Program-made: the position numbers and the translations under genes | Virus record (IMG/VR): IMGVR_UViG_3300032320_001068 | Coordinates: 1 to 28,782 of that record | Length of the DNA: 28,782 bases | Direction: 5' to 3' (one strand) | From: a virus | Lineage: Duplodnaviria > Caudoviricetes | The notes under the pieces: model-generated | Database searches by the model: none | Seen by the model: only the letters and a program-made list of their open reading frames with translations | Told to the model about the DNA's origin: nothing | Part shown: in pieces, positions 8,419-17,383 of the stretch | Layout: the number at the start of each line of letters is the position of its first letter | How positions within the stretch are numbered: the stretch's first letter is position 1

Positions 8419-8637
8419 ATGGGAAAAAATACTAAAAATGGTGGTTCAGCTTCAGAAGTTGAATCACCAAATTTAGAAACAGAATCAACAGAAGTTGAAG
8501 TTTCTAAATTCAGCCAATCAACAGAACCAACAGAAGTTGAAGTTATAAAAGATTTCAAAGGATTAAAAGTTGGCGATGTAGTAACAGTTTCTAAAAATGT
8601 AGCAGAAATATTAACCTCTAAAGGATTAGTGAAATAA
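8419..8637 (+). CDS. Small capsid-adjacent protein (acidic Ser/Thr/Glu N-terminus, small C-terminal beta-beta-alpha domain)
   Basis: Coupled to capsid stop; C-terminal VEVIKDFKGLKVGDVVTVSKNVAEILTSKGLVK. Confidence 0.75.
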   Translation: MGKNTKNGGSASEVESPNLETESTEVEVSKFSQSTEPTEVEVIKDFKGLKVGDVVTVSKNVAEILTSKGLVK

Positions 8638-9419
8638 TGAAAAAAATAATTTTATCAATGTGTTTAATGTTGTTGACATTCGCAACATTTTCACAATCTG
8701 CCTCAAAGTATGTTGCAATGACAAATAATGGTGCAGCTTTAACCAATGCTGGTACTACTTACGTGACAATTGCACCAACTATCTTTTATGAAGCGGTTAG
8801 TTTTCAAGCTGTAGTAACAAAAGGAACAGGAACTCCTGATGGAATAGCTACTTTGCAATATTCAAACGATGGAACAAACTACATTGAAATGGATATTACA
8901 GATTCACTTTCTATTGCAGACCAAACTACTAACACCAAAGTATTCGTCAAAACTTTTAACCCTGCATTCTATTATAGAATTGCTTTTGTTGGTAGAGGTA
9001 CACAAGCAAGTACAGTTAGCGGTTTCTTTTGGGGTGCTGGAGTAAACAATAACAAAGTTGCAAGAACAATGTTATCTAATTATTCTTTGACTTCTGATAC
9101 GATAACAAATACCGGAAGTGGTTATGTTGAATTCACACTTAATTCATTTTACAAACGTGTTTCCTTTCAACCAGTAGTTACTAAGTTAAGCGGAACAGCT
9201 GCAGGAACAGTAACATTGCAAGGTTCAATTGATGGAATAAATTATGTAACTGTTTCAAGTTCTTATGTTTCATCAGCAACAATGTCAGTTACTAATGTAA
9301 CAACATCAACCGCAATACTAATTGTTACTTCAAGTCCTTACCGATATTATAGATTAAATTATGTCGGTTCAGGAACAATGAGTTGCCGATTAAGCGGATT
9401 CTTAGTAGCAAACAACTAA
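8637..9419 (+). CDS. Signal-peptide-bearing protein with two tandem beta-sandwich (jelly-roll/discoidin-like) repeats; possible head decoration protein
   Basis: MKKIILSMCLMLLTFATFS|Q signal; repeats FY..VSFQ.VVTK..GT..G..TLQ.S.DG.NY and P..YYR...VG.GT.....SGF each occur twice. Confidence 0.7.
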   Translation: MKKIILSMCLMLLTFATFSQSASKYVAMTNNGAALTNAGTTYVTIAPTIFYEAVSFQAVVTKGTGTPDGIATLQYSNDGTNYIEMDITDSLSIADQTTNTKVFVKTFNPAFYYRIAFVGRGTQASTVSGFFWGAGVNNNKVARTMLSNYSLTSDTITNTGSGYVEFTLNSFYKRVSFQPVVTKLSGTAAGTVTLQGSIDGINYVTVSSSYVSSATMSVTNVTTSTAILIVTSSPYRYYRLNYVGSGTMSCRLSGFLVANN

Positions 9420-9429
9420 TTTAATTTCA

Positions 9430-9939
9430 ATGGGATTAATAATAAATACTTCTGATTTTGCAAGTGGCGAAAATGCAATCGCTACAGATGTGTATACTAC
9501 TGCTCAGTTGAATTTGGCTATTGATACCAATGAAAAAAGATTGTTGTATGAAATGTTAGGCATTGAGTTGTTTGATTTGTTTGAATTAGATTTATCAAGT
9601 GGTGTTCCAAGTAATCCAATTTATTTAGAAATATTTAACCCATTTGTAAAAGAGATTAACTATGTTCAGTACCATTCTATTGGTATTAAACAAATGTTGG
9701 TTAAATGGGTTTACTTTTTCTATGTTAGAACACAACCGCAAACAAACACAATTCAAGGCAATACACAAAATGAAGGCACAATAAGCAATCCAAGTGCAAT
9801 GAGTTACTCTACATTGATAAACCAATATAATCAATGTATTGAAACATACAAAGCTATTCAGGCTTATATTGAGAAAAATAAAGAGGTAAGTTATCCAACG
9901 TATAAAGGAATTTACAAAAAATATAATTCATGGGCTTAA
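9430..9939 (+). CDS. Putative head-tail adaptor/connector protein
   Basis: Position after capsid; helical pattern E..LL..MLG.ELF and GIK.ML..WVYF.Y. Confidence 0.65.
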   Translation: MGLIINTSDFASGENAIATDVYTTAQLNLAIDTNEKRLLYEMLGIELFDLFELDLSSGVPSNPIYLEIFNPFVKEINYVQYHSIGIKQMLVKWVYFFYVRTQPQTNTIQGNTQNEGTISNPSAMSYSTLINQYNQCIETYKAIQAYIEKNKEVSYPTYKGIYKKYNSWA

Positions 9940-10613
9940 CTACAAACCAACATTTAAAAATAGTAATTGATAGTATTGATACTTCAATTGTTGTTGATTC
10001 TGTGGAGGTTTTAGGTTCAGGAAAATATAAGTTAAATTCAAAAAATACTAAATGGGCAACATTTGGTAAGTTGCTAAATTCTTTGACAATTACAGAAGTA
10101 GTTCAAGATGTTTCGATAACAGTTAAAAGTTCAAGTTTGCCAGTTAAAGGAATTTTTACTTTGGCAAATCCTTTTTTCTATTATGGTACATTTATGGATA
10201 CTTCAGCAGAATTGGTTAAGACAATGCAATCGAATAGCAAATTACCTTTTATTTATTTACATTTATTTAGCCCTGAGAATTATGCTTCTGATATGGATAC
10301 AGTTGATTATACGAGCGATTGTGCTATTTACTTTATGGTAGATGCTTTGCCAAAAAATTGGCTAACTGGTGACCATTATACAAATGCTATTAATCAAATG
10401 AAATCTTTGAGGGCAGAATTTATCAAATCTCTTAAAGCCTACTCACAACTAAACGCTGATAATGAGTTAAGATTTACTGAAAATGACTATGTAAATTTTG
10501 GTAAAGTTCAAACAGATTTAGGTGTTGTAAAACAAATTTTCGCTGACAACATAAGCGGAGTGGAAATTCAAATCCAAATACCATTCAATAAATGTATGGA
10601 ATGTTGCAATTAA
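9930..10613 (+). CDS. Putative tail completion/terminator protein
   Basis: Directly before the tail tube gene; K.PFIYL and ISGVEIQIQI beta motifs. Confidence 0.5.
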   Translation: MGLTTNQHLKIVIDSIDTSIVVDSVEVLGSGKYKLNSKNTKWATFGKLLNSLTITEVVQDVSITVKSSSLPVKGIFTLANPFFYYGTFMDTSAELVKTMQSNSKLPFIYLHLFSPENYASDMDTVDYTSDCAIYFMVDALPKNWLTGDHYTNAINQMKSLRAEFIKSLKAYSQLNADNELRFTENDYVNFGKVQTDLGVVKQIFADNISGVEIQIQIPFNKCMECCN

Positions 10614-10651
10614 AAATAATTATAAACAAAAAAAAATAAAAAAATAAAAAT

Positions 10652-11605
10652 ATGGCTACACTTTGCGATTGTGGCGTTTCGCTACAAAACACCGGAACAC
10701 CAAGTTGTGTTCCTTTGTTTGGGGTTACTAAACAGTATATCCTTGTTCCTTTAGTTGCTGATGATGGAACAGAAAACAAAATAGACCCAGCTACAACATT
10801 GAACAATGCTTATTTTACAGCATTAATCAATCAAGCTGATGACTCCAAAAGATGGTATCCAACTGGACCATTGAAAAATGTTGCTGGTGAAAGAGCCGAT
10901 GCAATCTTTGAAACCTTTGAAGATGGAAGTAAATATTTTATCCGTCAAGGAATTAGAAATGTTTCTGCATTAATCCTTAAACAAGGCCCTGAGTTATTGG
11001 CACAATTAAACGCTAACAGATGTTCAACATTTGGAATGTTTATTATTGACAACAATGGTTCTATTTACGGAAAAGTAAAAAACAACGATGGATTTTTATA
11101 TCCAATTGAAGTTGATGCAAATACATTTTATGCAAAAATGGTTTTCACTACTGATACAACAATCCAAAAATTGATGCTTCAATTTGAATGGGGAGTTGAT
11201 GAGCGTGATGAAGATTTAAGAATGATTGCAGCAAGTTCAATTACAGGAATTAATTTGGCTACTGTTAGCGGATTAATGAACTTGTATTGTACTATTGTTT
11301 CAACTACTCAAACAGTAATGACATTAAAAGTATTTGCTAAGTTTGGGAACATTGTAACAAACTATCCTATATCTGGATTAGTTACTGCCGACTTTGTTTC
11401 AACGGTTGCGGCTGCCACAAGTAAAATGAGAAACAATACAGATGGTGCAGATGTTACGGTTGTAGCTGCTGAGAGTTCAACGGTACCGGGAACATACACA
11501 CTAACTTATTCTTCTCAAACTGTTGCAGATGTATTACAGCCACTTGTTAAGAAGAACGGATTAGATGGTTCAACAATGATTGGAACTACTGGAACGGTCG
11601 TTTAA
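10652..11605 (+). CDS. Major tail (tube) protein with C-terminal beta-rich extension
   Basis: Strong A-rich start region; N-terminal C.C....NTG.P.C; RWYP, FETFEDGS...IRQG; Thr/Val-rich C-terminal ~110 aa (GTYTLTY); followed by a terminator. Confidence 0.8.
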   Translation: MATLCDCGVSLQNTGTPSCVPLFGVTKQYILVPLVADDGTENKIDPATTLNNAYFTALINQADDSKRWYPTGPLKNVAGERADAIFETFEDGSKYFIRQGIRNVSALILKQGPELLAQLNANRCSTFGMFIIDNNGSIYGKVKNNDGFLYPIEVDANTFYAKMVFTTDTTIQKLMLQFEWGVDERDEDLRMIAASSITGINLATVSGLMNLYCTIVSTTQTVMTLKVFAKFGNIVTNYPISGLVTADFVSTVAAATSKMRNNTDGADVTVVAAESSTVPGTYTLTYSSQTVADVLQPLVKKNGLDGSTMIGTTGTVV

Positions 11606-11626
11606 TTGAATCTAAATTATTAAATT

Positions 11627-11657
11627 AACCCTTGTATTAATTTACAAGGGTTTTTTT
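11627..11657 (+). terminator. Rho-independent terminator after the major tail gene
   Basis: Perfect 10-bp stem AACCCTTGTA (11627-11636) / TACAAGGGTT (11643-11652), 6-nt loop, T-run. Confidence 0.9.
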
Positions 11658-11660
11658 ATT

Positions 11661-11668
11661 TATATTTG
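11661..11668 (+). promoter_or_regulatory. -7 promoter element re-initiating transcription after the terminator
   Basis: TATATTTG right after the terminator, 14 nt before ATG 11683; no well-spaced -33. Confidence 0.5.
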
Positions 11669-11682
11669 CAAAAAGAATTGTA

Positions 11683-11886
11683 ATGGAAAAAAACCTACCT
11701 CGAACTTTTATCACTTGTGATGGATACGATTTTGAAGTAAACACAATTGGTAAACTTACAGAAACTGAGTTTATTAATGGCAAACCAGGAATAAAAGGAT
11801 TTAAAGATTTGCCAAACTTTAATGCTAAAAATGCTTGGAAACAAATACAAAAAGCTTATCAAAAACTTGTTAGAGATAATAACTAA
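11683..11886 (+). CDS. Hypothetical 67-aa tail-module protein (possible assembly chaperone)
   Basis: Position after the tail tube gene; TAATG coupling to the next gene. Confidence 0.6.
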   Translation: MEKNLPRTFITCDGYDFEVNTIGKLTETEFINGKPGIKGFKDLPNFNAKNAWKQIQKAYQKLVRDNN

Positions 11887-12344
11887 TGTGGAACGCTGAA
11901 TTAATTGCAAAGAAAGTGCTTAAATTGAATGAACAAGAAATTTATTCAAAGGTTGTAAATACTCCTGACATTAAAGCAGAAGCAATTAGATTAAATACAC
12001 AAGTGCAATTATATCAGAAAGGAGAAAATACATTAGGCCAAAAAATGAGGTCAGTTTATGCAAGATTTGGCAACTGGTATTCATCTTTTACTATCAATCT
12101 AAAGCAAGAAAAAAGGCAACCAACAGACAGAGTTACTTTAAAAGATACAGGTCAATTTTATTCTACTTTTAAAACAAGATTTGATGGCGAGTTAAAACTA
12201 ACAGCAAACACAATAAAAGATGGCGAAGATTTGCAAATTACTTGGGGTCAAGTTGTCGGATTAAACGAAGAAAGCAAAACAGAATTAGTTGAAAAATTAA
12301 AGCCAAAAGTTATCAGTTATGTTAAGAGTAAAGTATTACGATAA
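11886..12344 (+). CDS. Putative neck/tail completion protein (HK97 gp10 / virion morphogenesis-like)
   Basis: YS..T...K..K.QPTDRVTLKDTGQFY motif. Confidence 0.65.
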   Translation: MWNAELIAKKVLKLNEQEIYSKVVNTPDIKAEAIRLNTQVQLYQKGENTLGQKMRSVYARFGNWYSSFTINLKQEKRQPTDRVTLKDTGQFYSTFKTRFDGELKLTANTIKDGEDLQITWGQVVGLNEESKTELVEKLKPKVISYVKSKVLR

Positions 12345-12780
12345 CATTGCAGAGATGCCAATCCACAACTATTTCAAATTGAATGAAACAAATGAAATTA
12401 AGTGGCTTGTTGAAAAAAAAGGAATTTACGGAAATACAAAAGAAGCTATTGAAAAAGCAATTACAGAAATTCAGCAACAGATAATTGATGAGTTTGGAAT
12501 TGGTGAAACATTTACTGAGATTTTGCAGTTAAAACAAGAAATTGCAATGTATAAATGTGATAATGTGATGGAGGATACAAATTTTTATAATACATTTGTA
12601 AATATTAAAGAAACTGAATTAAAGGCTTTAGAAGAACAAAAAGGCACAACAAAAGAAGAAATGCAATTGCACCTAACAAAGTTCATTGGAGTTAAATTAA
12701 ACTATAAAGAAACAAGTGTAAAGGAATATTATACTTATATTAAAAAACTAAATGAAAATAATTCTAAACAACCTGATTAA
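12319..12780 (+). CDS. Putative tail assembly chaperone
   Basis: Helical acidic protein ending ...TSVKEYYTYIK; near the tape measure gene. Confidence 0.55.
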   Translation: MLRVKYYDNIAEMPIHNYFKLNETNEIKWLVEKKGIYGNTKEAIEKAITEIQQQIIDEFGIGETFTEILQLKQEIAMYKCDNVMEDTNFYNTFVNIKETELKALEEQKGTTKEEMQLHLTKFIGVKLNYKETSVKEYYTYIKKLNENNSKQPD

Positions 12781-13012
12781 AATTGGAATGATTATTTTGC
12801 TTTTTGCTTCTTGTAAAAAAGAACAATATGGAAAATGTGTTGATAAAGAATTTACACAAAGCCAAGGATTTAAAACTACTGGAGGATTTCAACAAGTAAA
12901 TCCTGCTAAATACATTTTGTTTTTAGATTTAGAAGGTAATATTATTGAGCAGAAAACAACAGAAAAAATATACTTTAAAACTAATATTGGTGATTTAGTA
13001 AAATTAGAATAA
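12752..13012 (+). CDS. Small lipoprotein
   Basis: Hydrophobic leader with lipobox LLFAS-C21, followed by KKE and a beta-rich domain. Confidence 0.7.
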   Translation: MKIILNNLIKIGMIILLFASCKKEQYGKCVDKEFTQSQGFKTTGGFQQVNPAKYILFLDLEGNIIEQKTTEKIYFKTNIGDLVKLE

Positions 13013-13013
13013 T

Positions 13014-15527
13014 ATGGCAGAAGGTTCAGCATTAAAGAAAGATGATTTATTTGAAAGTGGTGCATTTGAAGAAGCCAAAAAAGGAGCATCTGAGTTCCTC
13101 AGAATTATAACTGATACACAAACACAAATAAAAGAAAATATATCGGCACAGCGTGAATTTGTTGCCACGTTTCAAGCTAAATCATTTGCCGACATTCAAA
13201 AGGTAAACACAGAATTAGAAAAAACAAATGTTTTATTAAAAGCAAATGAAAAACTAAGCATTGATAGAATAAAAGTTGAACAACAGAGTGTTAAATTATT
13301 AGCAGAAGAAGAAAAGTTACTTCAACAAAAAAACAAAACTGAACAATCCAATTTAAAAACACAACAAGAAAAAATAAAACTTGATAATGCTGCAGAAAAA
13401 GCGCTTAAAAATTTGAATGGAGAATATCGTCAAGGTGTTGCAAGATTAGGAGAAATAAAAAAGCAGTTAAAAGAACTTGCATTTGTTGGGCGTGATGGTG
13501 GCAAAGTTTACAAAGCATTGAGTACTGAATTTAAGGAACTTGATGCAAAAGTAAGAAAAGCAGAGGAAGGTGTTGGCGAATTTCAAAGGAATGTAGGAAA
13601 CTATCGAAGCGGATTTAATGGATTAGGAAACTCAATAAACCAATTAACAAGAGAATTTCCAGCGTTTACAAACTCAGTTCAGACGGGGTTTCTTGCACTT
13701 TCAAATAACTTACCTATTTTCTTTGATGAAATAAGTAAAGTTCAAAAGGAAATTAAGGCATTAAGAGCAGAAGGTCAACAAGTGCCAGGATTGTTTAAAC
13801 AACTTGCAACAAATATTTTAAGCGTTGGAACTGCTTTAAGTTTGGGCGTTACTTTATTAACATTATACGGTGCAAAATTAGTTGATTTTATTTCTAAAAT
13901 AATAACTGGTAAAGATGAAATTAAATCTATTAATGAAGCCTTGCAAGATAGTTATATTGAAAGTGTAAAAATCTATGAAAAAAACATTGAACTTTATCTA
14001 AAATTAGCAGTTGCACAAGGTAGATTAACACAAGCAGAAGCCGACAATATTAGATTGAGTAATGATGTTAAAAAACAAAGATTAGAAGCAGAAAAAAGAT
14101 TTGCCAAAGCACGAATAAAACTTGCTGAGGATTTGGGAGTTTCATTAGAAGTTTTAAACGGAAAACTTGAAGAGCAAACAATTGGTAAAGGGCGAAGAGA
14201 AGGTGAAATAATTCAACTTGATAGAAACAAAAAATTAAACGAAGCATTTAGAAAATTAGAAGAACAAAAAAACAAAGAATTGGCTGCAATTGATAGACAA
14301 TTTCAAACCGAAAAAGAAATAAACCGATTAGCAGAAAACGAAAAAGAAAAAAAAGAAAGAGAAAAAGTAATTGACGATGCACTAAAAGACGAAAAGAAAT
14401 TTCAAGAAGAATACCAAAAACTATTAATTAAAGGCGAGGAAGATAAATTTAAACAAAAGCGATTAGAAATAGAAAATACTTTCAGAATTGCAAATGAAGA
14501 ATTAGCAGTTGCAAAAGTCTTAGAAGAAACTCGCAACAAAGTATTTATTGAGCTTAAAAAAGTTTATTTAAAAGACCTTTATGACCTTAGGCAAGAACAA
14601 TTAGCAGAATTACAAAAAGAACTTGATGAAGCGGCTAAATTAGAATTGGAAACAGAAGCCAAATTAGAAAAAGAACGTTTGAGAATTGCATTAGAAAACC
14701 AAAAGAAATTTGATAAAGTAAAAAAACAAGCTGAGGATAAAAATAAAGAAGAAGCCAAAAAAGAAATTGAACTAAAAAAAGAAGTTCAAAGGGAATTGTT
14801 TAACATTGGAAATGCAATTGAAGCAGCACAACAAGCAAGAAGCAACCGCAACATCGACCGAATAAACCGGGAAGAGGACAGAAACAAAACAGCAATTGAG
14901 AAACAAGAAGAATTAGCACAAAAAGGATTGGAAAATACTTTGGCATTTGAAAGAGCAAAAACAGTTCAACTTGATTTGGAACGTAAAAAACAGCAAGAAA
15001 AAGACCAAAGAAATCAAAAAATACTTGCTTTTTATAGATTATTTGCAAGTTATGCAGACAAAGACCCACAAACAGCATTAGCAAGGGCAGCACTTGATAT
15101 TTCATTAAGTGAATTAGTTGCTGGTAGCTTTATTGAAGGAACAGAAAATGTAGGTAGAGATTTACAAGGCAATAAGGTACATAACGGAACTGATGGATAT
15201 GTTGTTGCTGTTGATGGAGATGAAAGGATATTTAACCCATCACAAAATGCAAAAATAGGCGATATAACAAACGATGAAGCTGCAAACATATTAGCAGATT
15301 ACCAAAGTGGCAAACTATTCAATTATGGCATGATTAACCAACCTAAAATAATAATCAAAGAAACTTCAACAGATAAATATTTTAAAGAACTTAATCAAAC
15401 AATGATTGAGGTAAAAAAAGCAATTTTAAATAAGCCTGTACCAAGCTATTCAAAAGATATTCAGGGCAATTTAATTGAGACAATTCAAAGCGGAAGAACA
15501 ACAAAAAGAATAATCCATAAAAGATGA
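13014..15527 (+). CDS. Tail tape measure protein
   Basis: 837 aa, mostly coiled-coil; FQRNVGNY motif; hydrophobic patch LSVGTALSLGVTLLTLYG; C-terminal FIEGT...GTDG......DERI motif. Confidence 0.9.
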   Translation: MAEGSALKKDDLFESGAFEEAKKGASEFLRIITDTQTQIKENISAQREFVATFQAKSFADIQKVNTELEKTNVLLKANEKLSIDRIKVEQQSVKLLAEEEKLLQQKNKTEQSNLKTQQEKIKLDNAAEKALKNLNGEYRQGVARLGEIKKQLKELAFVGRDGGKVYKALSTEFKELDAKVRKAEEGVGEFQRNVGNYRSGFNGLGNSINQLTREFPAFTNSVQTGFLALSNNLPIFFDEISKVQKEIKALRAEGQQVPGLFKQLATNILSVGTALSLGVTLLTLYGAKLVDFISKIITGKDEIKSINEALQDSYIESVKIYEKNIELYLKLAVAQGRLTQAEADNIRLSNDVKKQRLEAEKRFAKARIKLAEDLGVSLEVLNGKLEEQTIGKGRREGEIIQLDRNKKLNEAFRKLEEQKNKELAAIDRQFQTEKEINRLAENEKEKKEREKVIDDALKDEKKFQEEYQKLLIKGEEDKFKQKRLEIENTFRIANEELAVAKVLEETRNKVFIELKKVYLKDLYDLRQEQLAELQKELDEAAKLELETEAKLEKERLRIALENQKKFDKVKKQAEDKNKEEAKKEIELKKEVQRELFNIGNAIEAAQQARSNRNIDRINREEDRNKTAIEKQEELAQKGLENTLAFERAKTVQLDLERKKQQEKDQRNQKILAFYRLFASYADKDPQTALARAALDISLSELVAGSFIEGTENVGRDLQGNKVHNGTDGYVVAVDGDERIFNPSQNAKIGDITNDEAANILADYQSGKLFNYGMINQPKIIIKETSTDKYFKELNQTMIEVKKAILNKPVPSYSKDIQGNLIETIQSGRTTKRIIHKR

Positions 15528-17383
15528 ATGATTTAAACTTTTATCTAAATAATCAATTAATAAATCCTCCGAAAAACTACAAGGAATTAGGAATTGAATG
15601 TGATTTTGTAGATGGTGAGTTTCAGCGTTCAAAGATTACTATTAACGATTGGGAGTTTGTCAGAGAAAATATAGACACTATTAATATTTGGATTTCTCAA
15701 GGTAGAATATTTGAAGGCATTCCATTTAAAATAGAGGAAGTAGATTCACAAAATTTTATTGAAAATATTTTTGATGGTTATATTGATTTAACTGACAATA
15801 CAGAATTTAAGGAAGATATGATTGTTGCCAAATCGAAAGAGCAATATTCAATTGATTGGTTAAACGATAGAGCAGATTCATTTAGCTTTGATTATCTTTA
15901 TTCAATTGGAGTAATTACAGATGCAGATTTTGTAAATATTCCTTATGTTTTAAGTTCTATTCCAGATTATGAAAAAGCAGCTATTACATTAGTATCTATT
16001 ACTTTTATTTCAACTAATATTGGAAGTTTGATTCCAACAATTGTTAGTGGTGTTGTTGCTGTTGCAGTTGACCCATTTCAATATGGTCAAATAGTTATAG
16101 TTGTAGCTCAAATACTTCAATTCATATTGCAAGTAGCAGCAATGCTTATATTGTTAAAGCAATTATTTGATTTGCTTGTTCAACAAATTAAGTATCACAA
16201 AGGAATGAGAGTATTAACATTGATGAATAAAGGTTGTGAACAATTAGGTATAACTTTTAATTCTACAATATTAGTTTATGACTATCCAAATTTAGTTATA
16301 TTACCAAGAAAATTTTATGTTGAAAATAATCCAACAAATATTGTATATGACATATTAGGAGCATTTTCTCCTGGTCAAATATCTCAATTAGGTTATCCTC
16401 AAGGGACATTTGGAGAATTAATTAGGAAATTAATAACAATGTTTAATGCAAAAATAATATTTGAAGGAACTACACTTAGATTAGAAAGAAAAGACTTTAA
16501 CTTAAACACGCCAACATTTACTATACCGGATATTTATAATCCAAACTATACACTGAACACTGATGATTGCGTAAGTAATTATTTTATTGAATTTAGAGTT
16601 GATAATTTGGAAAGTAACACAATGACTAATTACAAAGGCACAAGTTTTCAAGCACAATTAAAACCTACCAATGTAATTAATCCAAACTTTGTTAATCTTA
16701 GAGAATTAACACAAGTTCAAGTTGACTTTGCTTTGGCAAAAAGAAAAGATTCTTTAACAAAAATAGAGAAAGCGTTTGATAATATACTTGAGGTTATTGA
16801 ATTTATAATTATGCCATTGCAAAATTCTTTAGCTGGGTTTACTTATACTGTCAATGCAGTAATTGACTTTACCAATGATTTAATAGATGCGTTTGATATT
16901 ATTATTGGAATTGACAATCCTAATTTGCCAAGCATTCCAAATTATGTATACCAACCAATCGGAAGTTTTATATCAAACAGAGTAGGTTGTTTAATACTTG
17001 AGAAAGATTTATTTTCAGTTGATAAAATATTTTTAATTGAAGCACAAAATGGCATTAATTCAATAGCATCAAATAATTCAACAGAAATTACTGCGAAAAA
17101 AATATTTGATAATTATCACATTATTGAAACATTTATTCCATTGCCAAACAATCCAAATTATAATCAATTTAAAAGAAAAGATATTGATGTAATGCCATTT
17201 ACATTGGAAAATTATAGACAAGTAAAAAATAATGCAAGTGGATATGACAGCGATGGCAGTTTATGTTTGTTTGAATCAATAAAATATAATATTTGGGATA
17301 AAACTGCTTCAGCTAAAATAAAAATTGCGTATATTTACACCCAAAATTTAACCTTTAATTTTTTTGAACCTGATGGAAAATAA
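15524..17383 (+). CDS. Putative tail tip/hub protein with inserted hydrophobic helices
   Basis: Directly after the tape measure gene; N-terminal FYLN..LINPPKN and IFDGYIDL beta motifs; MFNA....EG..LRLE; hydrophobic residues ~152-211. Confidence 0.65.
   Translation: MNDLNFYLNNQLINPPKNYKELGIECDFVDGEFQRSKITINDWEFVRENIDTINIWISQGRIFEGIPFKIEEVDSQNFIENIFDGYIDLTDNTEFKEDMIVAKSKEQYSIDWLNDRADSFSFDYLYSIGVITDADFVNIPYVLSSIPDYEKAAITLVSITFISTNIGSLIPTIVSGVVAVAVDPFQYGQIVIVVAQILQFILQVAAMLILLKQLFDLLVQQIKYHKGMRVLTLMNKGCEQLGITFNSTILVYDYPNLVILPRKFYVENNPTNIVYDILGAFSPGQISQLGYPQGTFGELIRKLITMFNAKIIFEGTTLRLERKDFNLNTPTFTIPDIYNPNYTLNTDDCVSNYFIEFRVDNLESNTMTNYKGTSFQAQLKPTNVINPNFVNLRELTQVQVDFALAKRKDSLTKIEKAFDNILEVIEFIIMPLQNSLAGFTYTVNAVIDFTNDLIDAFDIIIGIDNPNLPSIPNYVYQPIGSFISNRVGCLILEKDLFSVDKIFLIEAQNGINSIASNNSTEITAKKIFDNYHIIETFIPLPNNPNYNQFKRKDIDVMPFTLENYRQVKNNASGYDSDGSLCLFESIKYNIWDKTASAKIKIAYIYTQNLTFNFFEPDGK

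Noticed and set aside
12412-12450. A8 run as a possible -1 frameshift site for a tail chaperone
   Set aside because: The -1 frame reaches a stop within about ten codons, and A-runs are frequent in this genome
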